NCBI GenBank assembly: GCA_038496445.1
Contig: JALMLS010000550.1
Coordinates: 1-64,000 of the forward strand
Reading direction: 5' to 3'
DNA length: 64,000 nt
DNA from: Trichosphaerium sp. ATCC 40318
Lineage: Eukaryota; Protista; Tubulinea
Under the pieces are notes generated by a model. That model made no database searches. It saw nothing but the letters and a program-made list of their open reading frames with translations, and was not told the DNA's origin. Below are positions 39,476 through 52,268 of this stretch, piece after piece. The number at the start of each line of letters is the position of its first letter. Position 1 is the stretch's first letter. Both the position numbers and the translations under genes were made by a program.

Positions 39476-40520
39476 CAGGGAGGTTTCAAGTCTTTTAACA
39501 TATTCCTATAAACTAAAGACGAATGATCTTGTGTCATTAACAAACAAGCAGTTTGCTTCTACTCGCTCTTATGCACAAATAGTGGTGGTAAATTTTGTTA
39601 ATTTTTCAAACTTTGCTTGCAATGTCATCATTGTACAAAGTAAAGTACGACTGTTCGATAGGTAACAGAATTATATTTGTACAAAAAACTCTGTTTCTAT
39701 CTCAAGCGTACCTTGCGTTTTGTTGCCATTGATGTTGTGTATTCAAAATTATGATAATTGCGTTGACTAACTTGGATTTGTTGTGATAAAGTCAGCCTTT
39801 CATTCAAATATTTTTCGAAGAACTCCAGTGAAAAAACGTTTTGAGAGAAAAAGGTGTTTTAATGTAGGACTATTTTACCAAAGCATTACTCGAAATAAAG
39901 AAGAAACGCGAAAAAACGGTCCGATCACGTTTTTTTGAAACATGTACTTCTAGAAATAACTATTTTACGCGAAACCGCACTTCAAACACTACTCTCGCAT
40001 AACTAGCGACGGTTTTTTATGTGAGTGTACTATACTAACAATTGACTAACAACTCTGTAGACATAATATTTTCCACCAGAATAACACTAAAATCCACTCG
40101 AGTGGATTTTGGTACCTACCACATATTAACCTGTTCTGCCACACCCACCAATGGATGACATTTTGTGAGCGAAGGTTGGGTTCTTGTCCCGAGCGAAGAG
40201 ACGAGCCCGACCGAAAGCGAACAGTGCTCTATATTAGCTTGCATTCGCTGTCCCGTACTCGAATAGTGTAAACCCAAAACTGGGAATACAAATAATCCAC
40301 TTGAAGGATTTTGGCCCATATTTTGTGGAAAATGTGTCGTCTGCAACAACTCTTAAAGATTCTGAATAAACCAACTTTGGAACTACAATTAGAAGACAAA
40401 GCTACCTTAATCAACGCCAAGCAGATTGCTGATACTAGGAAACTAGAGCGAAAAGATGATAACACAAAGATGTAGCCCTTGTATAAACAATAATAAACAA
40501 ATTGACATCACATTTGTTAG

Positions 40521-40843
40521 TTAGAGTTCTAACACTCTCAGTTGACTTTCTTCTATCAACTAACCAAGGAACACTAACTAAAACAATGTTGGGAGGAAGA
40601 CAAAATGTCTTGTGGCTCTAGCGCAGCCAAGCATTTGTTATATTATACAAGAACACTTGGAAAATAAAAGAAAGGTTTTACAGTTTTTAAACAAATTGAA
40701 AAGGAAATTTTTGGGTGGGATGTGGGTGATTGCTGCTCGCCATGTTGTTTAAGCTTTGTCGGTTGTTGTTGTTGTTGATTTATACGAAGTCAACTCAAGT
40801 TTACCCAAACGTCTGTAACGGAGTAAAACACGTGTACAGCCAT
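40521..40843. repeat. Dispersed repeat of about 325 bp (copy of 15460-15785)
   Basis: Direct sequence identity. Confidence 0.8.
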
Positions 40844-40850
40844 AAATAGT

Positions 40851-41085
40851 GGATTTGACCTGAAATAACGCTATTTTGTGTTAGCGCTACTACTTATTTT
40901 TCGGGATGGTTTGTGAACGTAGGTAACCTTTTGCAACTCTGCAAGCTGTGCCATTAGTGTATCCTTATGTAGTACTTTACGTGAGCATTCGACCAGAAAG
41001 TCACGTGCGTGCTACTAATCGGGAGTGGCTGTGTACAAAGTAGGCTTATCATTACAATAAAATAGCGTTATTTCAGGTCAAATCC
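40851..41085. mobile_element. MITE family B (PIF/Harbinger-Tourist-like)
   Basis: Perfect TIR GGATTTGACCTGAAATAACGCTATTTT, with 3-bp flanking repeat AGT. Confidence 0.8.
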
Positions 41086-41831
41086 AGTGGACGAAAATGG
41101 AACAGCTTTCTGTCAAGAATGGTAGTCCTTCCTCTAATTCAGTTCTAAACAGGCTAACATTAGCATGAGCGTACCTTGTAGAGTTCGGTGTCCTGTAAAT
41201 TGTTTGCATGTTGGCATTGGCGATTTTTACAAAGAAAACTCGTTAAGTTTTCAGGTAGTAAATTTGAATAAAAGTTATCAATAAAAAATAGTGACAAAGT
41301 CTATTTTTACAACCAACACCTTTTTTTTTGGTAGAAGCTTTCGGTAAATAATGTACAAAAAGGCGCAACGTATATAGGTATTAAAGATGAGTTTATTATC
41401 GTCGAGTCAACATAAGTCTAGACCCGAAACGAGCATTACACAAAAATGTACAACCTAAATTTTGGAAGCTATTGGGCACGCATAGGGTTCCGGAAATATT
41501 TTTACGTAATTCCGTAATTTCTTGACTTTTTTGACAAAACATCACCTAAGCTTGAACTAGAATCCCCGTTGTTGACAAGGGAAAGAAATTCCGGAATACT
41601 ACATAACCTTATACATCCATTACCGAAAAAACCGAAAAACTTGACGTGTGTCAATTCTAAAAATAACAATCTGTTTAATAAAACACTCATGACACTCATG
41701 AATGTTAATTAGCTCTCTAAACGTAAAGACCGGACAGGTTTAAATTTAGTCACACCAAAACCACATAATCATTATCTAAATTTAGTGCTTATTAAAAATC
41801 ATAAAAGCTATTTTCGTACACACAACGCAAC

Positions 41832-43063
41832 ATGTACAACACACAAGCTGTTGTATCTTTCTGTTTTGTAGTCGCATTCATGCAACTAGCAGTCGCTCAG
41901 ACTCTAGTACATGAATTTAACCTTGACGGCAACCTATCAGATAGCATTGGTAATGGGTACGCTGGAAACGCCTTTTGAATGAGTTTCTGACTGTTTCTCG
42001 AAATAGAAACTTAACAATAGGCATACCAGAGGTCTACAACATGACAGAGGGCTGTCTAGAGCTTCCAGCTGCTACAAACCCATTCCTGATACTAAACAAC
42101 CCTGTCGCGCTTATAAACAACCCATACACTATTGTGATACAACTTGCTATTGATATACCGACTACCACCGAGTGGGGGAGAATCCTTGGATGGGATTCTA
42201 CCACGGATAATGGATTTTACGCTAACAGGCAAAAACTTACTATTGCTGGATCAGAAGGTTCTAGTACTATTGATTCGCTTCAAAGTGGTTTCATGTCAAT
42301 CTTTTTCGCGTACGTCAGCAACCAAATTGAGTTCAAAAACACATGTTCAGTTAACTAACATTTCGTTCATTTCAGGTATGATCCGTCAACACGAAGTACT
42401 TCTTATGGTATTATTGAAGATTCATCAATACTGGTATCAACTATCAGTTCTACTTTACCAACTATTACAGATAATGTACGAATATTGACAGATGAAACTA
42501 GTGGTGGCGGAACCGAGCATTTTAAGTCTTGTGTGTATACGTTGATGTTCTATTCTGGAGATTTTATTCCAACACTGAACGCACCCCCATTTACTAGGCG
42601 TCCGAGTGCTCCAACTACTATACCTCCGACTACTGCGTCTCCGACTACTACGCCTCCAACTACTGCGCCTCCAACTACTGCGCCTCCAACTACTGCGCCT
42701 CCGACTACTGCGCCTCCAACTACTGCGCCTCCAACTACTATACCTCCGACTACTGCGCCTCCGACTACTGCGCCTCCAACTACTGCGCCTCCGACTATAC
42801 CTCGGACTACAACACCAACTACTACACCTCCAACTACTGTGACTCCAAATACTACCCCAACAACCGAACCGCCAACTGCTACTCCAACTGTACCTCCAAC
42901 CACTCTAACAGGTGTAATTCAAACAAATGCACCTACTTCTGTATCGCCTACAACTATTTCTCCAACGACTGATCAAACACCGGGAGCAATATCTTGCTCT
43001 TACATTTCAATACCTTCACTAACTGTGTTGTTTGTTACTATGTTTGCATTACTTGTATTATAA
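41832..43063 (+). CDS. Secreted, probably GPI-anchored protein: LamG/concanavalin-like domain + (TTAPP)n mucin stalk
   Basis: Signal peptide, HEFNLDGNLSDSIG, YTIVIQL...WGRILGW, 15-bp tandem repeats at 42610-42800, and a hydrophobic C-terminus. Confidence 0.7.
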
Positions 43064-43299
43064 TAAAGTCTTGCACATGTTTGTTTTATTGTGTCTTTAA
43101 TGCCTTGTCAAACTTTAAATTTAGTACGTACAGCTCCAAGGAAAGGCAAGTTAAAATAAAGCAATAAAGTACGGTGTCGTGTGACGTAATAAGTCACCAT
43201 ACTCTGAACCTTTCATTAGGATTTTTTCTTTTCTTGTTGTTTTCTTAGCTGTTGTCAACTCCTGAGATTCTAGGACTAACAGACGGATATGTTTGACAC

Positions 43300-44230
43300 T
43301 TATAGCGTTGATGCTCCTTCAAGACGCTCACTGACTTTGAAGAGTCTTGGCAAGCAAGTTGATTTGTGATAATTGCTGGAACGCCTCGGATCTATGAAAA
43401 CGAAAGTAATCCCCTACAAGGTTGGAACTTTGAAGCAAAGGTTGTAATGTGATGGTAGTAATATCAAGAAACACACCAATATTGCTTTTGATATTACTCT
43501 AAAAAAAATACATCTTCGTCCAAAGTGGTAACTGGTTCTATAAAGAATAAGAAGAGATGTGAAACCACAGCACGTTTTGAAGACTTGTGGCTTACCAAGT
43601 ACTTGAAATAGATTTCAATTATGCTTTGAGGGTGATTCAAACAGTGAGAGCTTCACCAATAGTAACACAACGCCAATAACAACAGAAATCTATGTGAGCT
43701 AGTTACAAAAAGCGAAAAGAAGGAAAAAGAAAACAACATATCACGCTGTTAGTGTTGGTACCTTGTGGGAACAAAAAAGAACCCTGAAGTTGTAATTCTC
43801 CTTTAACAATCATAGTACAATTGTCAATATCAATACTTGGATTTTCTGTTGTGATTGTACTCTCGCAGGAAGAGATTTTATACTGAATCTGACGCAAGTG
43901 GATTTTGGTAACTAGTCACATATTAACCTGTGCTGCCATACCCACCAATGGATGACATTTTGTGAGCGAAGGTCGGGTTCTTGTCCCAAGCGAAGAGATG
44001 GGCCGACTGAAAGCGAACAGTGCTCTATGTTGGCTTGCATTCGCTGTCCCATACTCGAATAGTGTTAAATCGAAACTGGGAATACAAAGAATCCACTTGA
44101 GTGGATATTGGTGCATATTTTGTGGAAAAATATGTCATCTGCTGTACTCTCAGAACCCTTTTCAAGTACGATTGTATGCTTTGATCTATCAGTACCCGTT
44201 CCCTACAATAATAAAACGTGAGTTTTTCAA
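43300..44230 (-). pseudogene. Degenerate membrane-protein gene; partly duplicated at 40095-40350
   Basis: About 250 bp shared with 40095-40350. Exon CESTITTENPSIDIDNCTMIVKGELQLQG and a broken TM segment resemble the stalk/TM part of the lectin family. Confidence 0.35.
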
Positions 44231-44674
44231 ATGACCGCTACAATAAGTCTAATTTTTTCAAGATAAACACGAAGGACTACACTTCAACGGCTTATTGGAG
44301 GAACGCTAACACTAGGCATTGTCATTAAGCGTTCTTTGCCATTTCTGTACGGCCGCATGGCTTAAAAACCAAACTTTTCCAGCCTTTGCTATGGTATAAA
44401 ACGAGCGCGAACATGTGTATTGTAGCGTAAGAATCCTTTTTTGTAAATGACTGACTTAACACTGTAAATTTTCTGTACTTCCTTAAGGAGTATACTCCTT
44501 TTAATACATACTAACAAACCAATGTGGATACCTACACACTTCCGTATTTATGTCAATACTCAAAGACAGCCGAATCACATAGCCACAAATAAAAACTAAA
44601 AAAACTGTTTCCAAACTACCAAAAGGACGCTCGTGATTCTTTTTTTACATTCACTTTCCGTATTATCTTCACCC

Positions 44675-46724
44675 ATGCGCACCCTCTTATTATTATCACT
44701 AGTAATCATTTTCTGTACGAGTACGTTCCCAAACGATAAGACATTTAAAAGCTACAAAAATGACACGTGCTCTTCCAACACTGTTGTAGGTATCCTAGTA
44801 CTGTCTCATGACGTACACTCACATGGTACGTACTATTTCCTCTTTACAGAACCACTATATTTACACCTACCATAGACACCAGCGGATGTGCTTATACTCA
44901 CAGTAGCCGCAACAACATCATTGACGCTAAAGAAATCTTAAAAAATCGCGCAAAGAAAAGGGCTGTTCAAGGGACTGTACCTTCAAAATTAAACGTTGTA
45001 TACGCCGACGGAGTATCTCAAGATTTTCAAAAAGAATTCAGCGCTGCAGCAGCGATATGGGTACCGCTTCCATCAAACCAAAAAAGCTGTAAACTAAACC
45101 CATTTGCACTTAGGAAACTATCATCGAAAGTTCCGGTGTCAATGTTACGATTAACTTTGCTACAACAGATCAACTTCCTACAGGCGTACTAGGCTCTACA
45201 GATGCAGTAGAGATGACAGTATTTGTTAATGATGTTCTGTACGTCGAATACTTTTTTAAAACTAATAGTCACGTGATAAACACGTTTTTTCTAACAATAG
45301 TTCTAGTAATTTCTTAGAGCCAAATCTTGGCCTTCCACCGAATACAATTCAATCACCTATTGCTTGGAAGAAACCTGATAGCCTTTTTCTGGATGATTTT
45401 ATTGTTGGTACAAAGGCAAACTACAAGGTATCATCATAGATGTCGATAAAATTCCTAACTGCTTGCAAAGTTGCTTTTTGGTTCGAAAGATCTTGACAAC
45501 GATTTTGGTGATAGTGACGGAAGTATAGTCTTTAGTAGCACTATTGACTTTGACTTTGATCTTACTGATGGTGTCGAGCCTGGAAAGAGACCTTTATTGA
45601 ACGTTGCATGGCATGAAATTGGACATCTTCTTGGTTTCACATCAGGCGTTGACAAAAGTGCGAACCAGAAAACAACCAAAGCTAACTCTGACTTTCTGTT
45701 TTAGTTGAGTTTTTTCTTGTGAACCCACAGTTGAATGAAACAGTTGTTGAGGCTAGAATACTTGATATCTTTCGCGTTCCTGAAGGCGGTACTGATTTAT
45801 CTGGAGTAAGATCTCTGATACCAGGTTCGATTGTATACCACGTGGCGTTGACTAAATTTGGTTTAGGTGAAAACGTCACTTTTCTAAGGACAGATGGCTT
45901 TGTTGGTCCAAATTATTCTACTGGAATGCAACTAGGAGATGGAAGACAAGCAAGTCATTGGGAAGATAATAAAGGCTTTGGTACGAACTTAATTTTACAC
46001 TGAAGAGCAAAACGTGGATTTCCTTTACACCTTTAAGTTGTTATTAGAAATGTTACAACATTAATAACGCTTACTAGGTATGATGGATCCTACAATTGGA
46101 TCAGGTGAAGTAACTGGAATAACAGAGAATGATTTATTAGCGTTCAGACAGCTGGGATTCTTTGTAAACTGTTCGTTCAACAAAGAAGATCAACGACTTT
46201 TTTTTTTCCTAACTCTTGTTAGTCGCACAAAAACCAGTTGTATTCTTTGTAAATGTCACATCAGATATTCCTCCAACTTCTTCACCATTAGACGCGAATC
46301 CTGGTTCTGAGCTTGTTATTAATGGCTTGTTCTTTTACGATTATGACCTGAAGTGTATCTTCGACAACGGACAAAACTCGACAGCAATATCAAGCCATCA
46401 AAATGGCCAACTGGTACGGTTCTAGCTTTTCAGAGTGTAAGCTTTATTTCTTTATTTATTTCTTGCTAGACATGCGTTGTACCTGCAACAGTCATTGGTG
46501 ATATATCTTCATTCAGTGTATCTTCACAAGGTCTACAAAGCGATATCATGGCTTTTAGTGTAGATGAAACTCCTAAAGAAGTACCTACATCAGAACCAAC
46601 TGATGCGCCAACGGAACAAACAACACAACCACCATCTATGACTGTAGCACCTAGTTCCGCTTTTAAAACATACATATCTCTAAGCTTGTTGTACACACTA
46701 GCAGTTGTATACCTTGTTATCTAA
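44675..46724 (+). CDS. Secreted zinc metalloprotease (HExxH) with IPT/TIG-like domain and GPI/TM tail, multi-exon
   Basis: Signal peptide, VAWHEIGHLLGFTSG, DGRQASHW, Met-turn MMDPTIGSGEVTGITENDLLAFRQLG, and PGSELVINGLFF...LKCIFD. Confidence 0.75.
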
Positions 46725-47017
46725 ATGAGAGGTTGAATAAGTAATAGTCTCAAACTCAAAAAATAAAATGTTCTATCTATGTGGTTCTTACTTTATTGGT
46801 TTTTGAGACTCAGCTTTTTAAAGTCTCATCTAAAAATACAATGGTTCTTATAATTACACTCCAGGCCAGTGATTAATCTTCAAATACTGCTGTACGACAT
46901 TGTACAGCAAATGCTTCTGGTGGTTGATTTTCTTGTTTTTTTCTGTTTTGGTTTTTATTTTTTTCTTTGAAAGGTTCTCCTTCAATGCAGTCACACTTCC
47001 GTGTTGTTGTATAGATG

Positions 47018-48598
47018 TCATGTTGTTTGTGCAAAGGTTTTGTAGCTTGATGATTTTTTCAACCAGTTGGTAGTACGCTCTCTTTGTGGGACAGTAGAGG
47101 TACCATTAATAGACGTGTCATTAACCGAAGAATAGACTTGAGAATCATGGACTTCATCACCATCAGGATCTGGTAGACCATCTTCAAGAGCGGCCTTTTT
47201 CCATACCCAACGAGCATATATAACCACACCAACAACTACAGCAATCTAAAACAAAAACTACGTAAGAAAAAGCCGAAAAAAACAAAAACAAACAAGCGTA
47301 CAGTTACAAAGACTTCTACGCCAAGAATAGCATATTCAGCAGGTGTAAACTTCAATTTACCGCAGCTAATATCACTTAAGGACTTGACCCGAGATCCAAC
47401 AAAAGTTAAGGCGAGTTCAACAGGAGCCAAGGTCAAAACACTCGTCTGAAAGAAAATGTTAATAGAAGTCCAAAAAAAAAAAAAAAAAAAAAAGAAAAAC
47501 AACTTCTCCACACGCACAATAAAGCAAGGAAGGAAAAATATGTTAGACACAGCAAGTATAGCGTTCTGAACGCCAAATGTAATAGGTAAAAATCTCGTCA
47601 GGATAGTAAATTTAAGCGGATGTCGTTCAAGAAGTTCTGACATTATTGACAGCTTCCTAATAAGGTCAATTATCAGATAAACCATTTTGTAAATCACGTG
47701 ATAATTAATACCAAAGCGTACTTATTTTTTTGTATATAAGCTAGTAGTTGAGCATGAAAACATGTCCTACACGAGAAGAGTTATACACTTAAACCTTCAA
47801 AAGGCGTGAAAAAAAGTTGTTTACCTTAAAATCGGAAACACTATAAGCATGCTTAATGTACTTCCTCCTGCAGCTGTAGCAAGACCATACCATATACCTA
47901 TATTTATTTAGTATACGTCTATACCAAAAAAATCCAAAAACAAGACCTACATACCGTACAAAAAGCCACAAGCGCTAAACAAAAATTGATTAAAAAAAAA
48001 GGATAACAAAAAAATGAAACGTCATATTTTCGCGTTGTAGTGAACACGTGACGAAATTACAAACAAATAAAAAGACGATTTGGCTGTCTTCAAGTGTCAC
48101 CAAAAAATCAATTTAACTCAAATCCCTGATTTAAGTGTTCCGTACGTGCACAAAGCGATCCAAACTATTTGTTTGATGAGTTTTAACAACATGTGAACAA
48201 TTGGGAATAAAAAGCGCACCAAATACAAAAGGAAACCCAGAAGGAATAAAAGCTGCCGCCAGTAGTACGTTTCCCCAAGGTCCAAGCATTTTTACGTACT
48301 TGAAAAACTAATCGCAAAAAAACAGGATGTCAGCTCCTTGTTTTGACGTTTTGTTTGTTTTAGACGTACCTTTTCCATGTATCCTGCCTTTCCTAGGTAA
48401 TATAAAGCGCCTCCAGCCCCTCCAAAGAAAATTAAAGCAAAAATGACTTTTAGAACCGTCTTAGCCTATTATACCGTTAAATAAACGTTTTTTACAACAA
48501 TAGAGGCGTACACTACAATATTTACATCGTCTCTTTTGTTTAATAGGTACGCTATGTTGCTCAACGTCATCCTCACGCTCATGAGTAGTTGGATTCAT
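47018..48598 (-). CDS. VTT/SNARE-associated (DedA, TMEM64-like) membrane protein, multi-exon
   Basis: Several TM exons, with LTRFLPITFGVQNAILAVSNI and TSVLTLAPVELALTFVGS motifs. Confidence 0.7.
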
Positions 48599-48772
48599 TA
48601 AAGAATCAAAGAAATGTCAAACGACAAGCGAGGAAAAAAAGGTTTAAGGCACGACATTGCCAAAAGTGCCCTTAACTAAATTAGAAGGGACTATAATCTT
48701 TAGGCATTATTATAACAGTAATTAGGCACAGATAGCCTTCACTGATTAGGATCTATGGCTGCTTTGCACATC

Positions 48773-49006
48773 GGTTTTGAATTGAATAACGCCATTTTGT
48801 GTTAGTGCTAAGCCTGATTTTTCGGGACGGTTTTCTGAACATATGTAGCCCTTTGCAACTCTGCAAGCTATACCGTGAGTATATCCTCATGCAGTGCTTA
48901 ACATGAGAATAATAACAGAAAGTCACGTGCATGCTACAAATTGGGAGTGGCTTTGTACAAGTAGGCTTAACGCTAAAATAGCATAGAGTTATTTCAGGTC
49001 AAATCC
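48773..49006. mobile_element. MITE family B, diverged copy (fragment also at about 5780-5855)
   Basis: Colinear with 40851-41085 and ends TTATTTCAGGTCAAATCC. Confidence 0.7.
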
Positions 49007-49398
49007 ATAAATTACTGTTAACAGAATGGTAATTTTCTAAAACACGTGACTGTGAAAGTACATTCAAATCAATGACGTAAAGGTACTCTAAGTGTTTTAG
49101 TCAGTAAATAGGTAGTCTAAGGACTTACCACCTTTACATAGCAGCCAGTTTGTTTTACTTTTAGTGATGTTTTTTATTGTTTTATTGCCTCACCTTGCCT
49201 AGTACACTGTGATCTGGTATCACAGTTTGCATCTATTGAGGGATCACTTGTACCCACTGTAGGCATGTCAAGCACATTGAAATCATGTCCTCCTAAAAAT
49301 ACGTGTCGAAAATAAAATCTAAACATTAATGGTGAAAAACACTGTAGAAGTACAAACGGTGTCAATATACTAACTAAGGTGACGCTATGTAATGTATT

Positions 49399-51160
49399 TT
49401 AAAGAGCATTTTTACGTTTTGCTTTGATGACCTTGATACGTTCGAGTGGACTGAATTCAAGCTCTTTCAGCACTTCTGAGGTTATGTCACCAGGTTCAAT
49501 ACCTGCTTCATCCATCAATGATCCAAGTTCCTGTGCTCTTGCACTTGAAATACCCAACCTCATCAATGCCGACTTCCAATCAAATTTCTCAGTAGCAATT
49601 GATTGATTCTCTTGAGGTGGAAAGAAATCCGACTAAATAAACATGATTAACTTCAATCATAAAATCAGAAAAAAGAGATAGGCCTTTGTGTCAGCAACTG
49701 AGACGTGAGGTTTGTCATTCCATGATTCTCGAGATAAGAATACACTTTTATAGCTTGGTGAAGCAGGCTCAGGTTGTAATGTTAGAGATACATGTTCACC
49801 CTAAATCCTGTGAGCATAATTTTTTGGTTAATAGTGTAGTACTTACATGAATGTATTCTTCTTGATTTTGGTGTATTTTTAAGGCTTCAAAAGCATCTTG
49901 AATCATATCAAGATGTTCAGGAGCATCTCCAAACTTGGTGTAATCACGATCGGTATCAATCACAGCTTTTGATAAGTACTTGTCTTTGTCTTCTTTTATA
50001 TCGTCTTTATCTATGCTTGTTTTATTGACCTTGGTATTTCGTTGTTTAAGATGAGTTTGCTTAAATAATGTGTCAAATAAATAGATAAGGATATGAATAA
50101 GATGACAAAGTACCTTTTTGTGATTGCTGAATGTCAATTTTTGTGTTGAAGATTCTCCATAATCATTATCACCTCCTGTAACCAATCTGAAATCATGAGA
50201 TATTGCCAAGTAATGATGTGATTTATTGGCAAACTCAAGATATTTTCCAGGTAATTTTAATGGTTTGTTTGAATAGAACGAATCAATCCATTTCCCATCA
50301 CCCCAACCAAACAAACAACCTTCATCATCAATCGCAAATGATGACCAATAACCAGCATGGACAGATACGATGTTATTCAGTCCTTTGATGATACCTTGGC
50401 CGTACTTGTCATCAATACCCAACCCAAGACACCCACTGTAGTTGTATCCAAAAGAAAATACTTGTCCTGACTTGAGGAGAACAAGCACATGATAATCACC
50501 AATGGCAATATCAGTGGCATCTTCAATGTTTGGAACACATGAAATTGTCTTTGGATTCAAGAATAATGCTTTATCGTTTGCTTCATCTTTTGTTGTTCCC
50601 CAAAGAAAGACATGACCTGTTGATGTCATTGCTCCACTTACATACCGATTAGTTTGAATTTTTTGAATATTTTCAAGATGAGGAATGACTGTTGGCGATG
50701 TAACTTTCTCCTCGTCGAATGAATGACCCAATCCATGAAATCTGTTGTCTCCCCAAGAGTAGACATGGCCTGAATGTGATAACGCCATACTCACATGATA
50801 GGCAGTGACTTTTGTGATATTGTTGAGATTTGGAACACGTCTTGGCGACGAAATAGGTGACTTGAAGTGACTCAGACCCAATGAACCGTATACATTACAG
50901 CCCCATGAATACACAATACCGTTTGAATCAACTGCAAGGTTATGTTCATATCCAGCAGCAATACATACGATATTTATGACTGACGTTATTGGTCTTGCGA
51001 TAGAACTCTTTTTTTCGTCTGTATTACCCAATTGACGCTGATCGTTTTGTCCCCACGTGTAAACGAAGCCATCGTCTGCGATTACCATTGAATGTGAGAA
51101 ACCAGTGGCCAAACGGTTAACATATTGTAAATTAACCGACAAAGTTTGTGGTTCTGCCAT
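49399..51160 (-). CDS. RCC1 repeat protein with C-terminal SAM-like domain (copy 2)
   Basis: Close paralogue of 6408-8170 inside a direct segmental duplication (about 5.8-9.1 kb vs 48.8-52.1 kb). Confidence 0.85.
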
Positions 51161-51372
51161 AATTTACGTGTATTGGCTGTTGTATTGTATCTAATATTTA
51201 TGTTTTAACTACGACTTTGCTCCAGCTAAGCCTAGACCCAAGTTATTTCAATTTTTCAACATTCAAAACACGTGCTACCTCAAGTAGTGAAAATAAGCAA
51301 ACAGACCTTTATTAACGCTGTTAAGGAACCTTTAATTTAAGCCACTTGTCAATACATCACAACTACTGAAGA

Positions 51373-51957
51373 TATTATCTATCTCATTCAAGTTTTACTA
51401 GTATTTTCTAGAAAGTGAGTTTCTAACACTTTTAGCAGATCTAGCAAGAACTGAAACTGTCACATGGCGTAGTGGCAATTCTGTCCTTCGTGTGCACTAC
51501 AAAGCTATTGCATTACTGCCAAACACGGTATTAATGCCCCAAACACTATTTGCTGTATGTTTTGCTTCAAAACAACGCGCGTGCATAACTTACTAGCGCT
51601 ACGCTTAGCGCCTACCCCACGCTAACAAAAGCGCTGTAGTAACACCCAAACAGCGAGGCATGTGTAATGACGTTAAAACCTCTCCACAACACCACCATCG
51701 TTGCTGTAGGCTTTGCAAACGCCGCCAGGTGTCAACTATGTTAACATGTAAATAAAAAAATTACTTTGGGTTTGATAAATCACGTGAGTTTGAAAAAGGT
51801 TGGATGAGCTGGACATGCGAGGGCAGATCACACACTTTTAAAAAGCGAGATTTGCAAGATCTGTCAGAAATATCAAATCCGCCAGCTCTGACAGATCGGG
51901 CGGAAATGGATTATTGCTAAAGTAGCCTGTCTCAAAACTTGAATGAAACAGACAATA
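51373..51957. mobile_element. MITE family A copy with interior inverted relative to 8288-8982
   Basis: Ends GAATGAAACAGACAA-TA. The interior is the reverse complement of 8390-8760. Confidence 0.7.
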
Positions 51958-52268
51958 AAACTATGACAGAATTGTTGGGTTGCCATGACACAGACCGTTT
52001 TGTTATTTAATACAAACTCAGAGAACAATGTATCACTATTCGACAACGTAAGAAATTGAGATGAAGGAAGGATCAATTATAACAAAGACACTATTCGGGT
52101 TAATAGTCATTTTGATGTTTGACTTGTTATGTGGTTTAGTACATAAAAAAAGCATGCACACATGATTTCTACTCAGGTTTTTTTTTGGATGAACACGTGA
52201 TCAAGAAAAAAAAAACGACATTTTCTTGTCGTAGGATTGTTTTATTTTTTTTCTTCTTTTTTTTTTTT

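Noticed and set aside
42550-42903. Gly/Val-rich and LLRL-repeat ORFs (also 37203-37505, 57040-57429)
   Set aside because: Antisense or off-frame shadows of Pro/Thr coding repeats.
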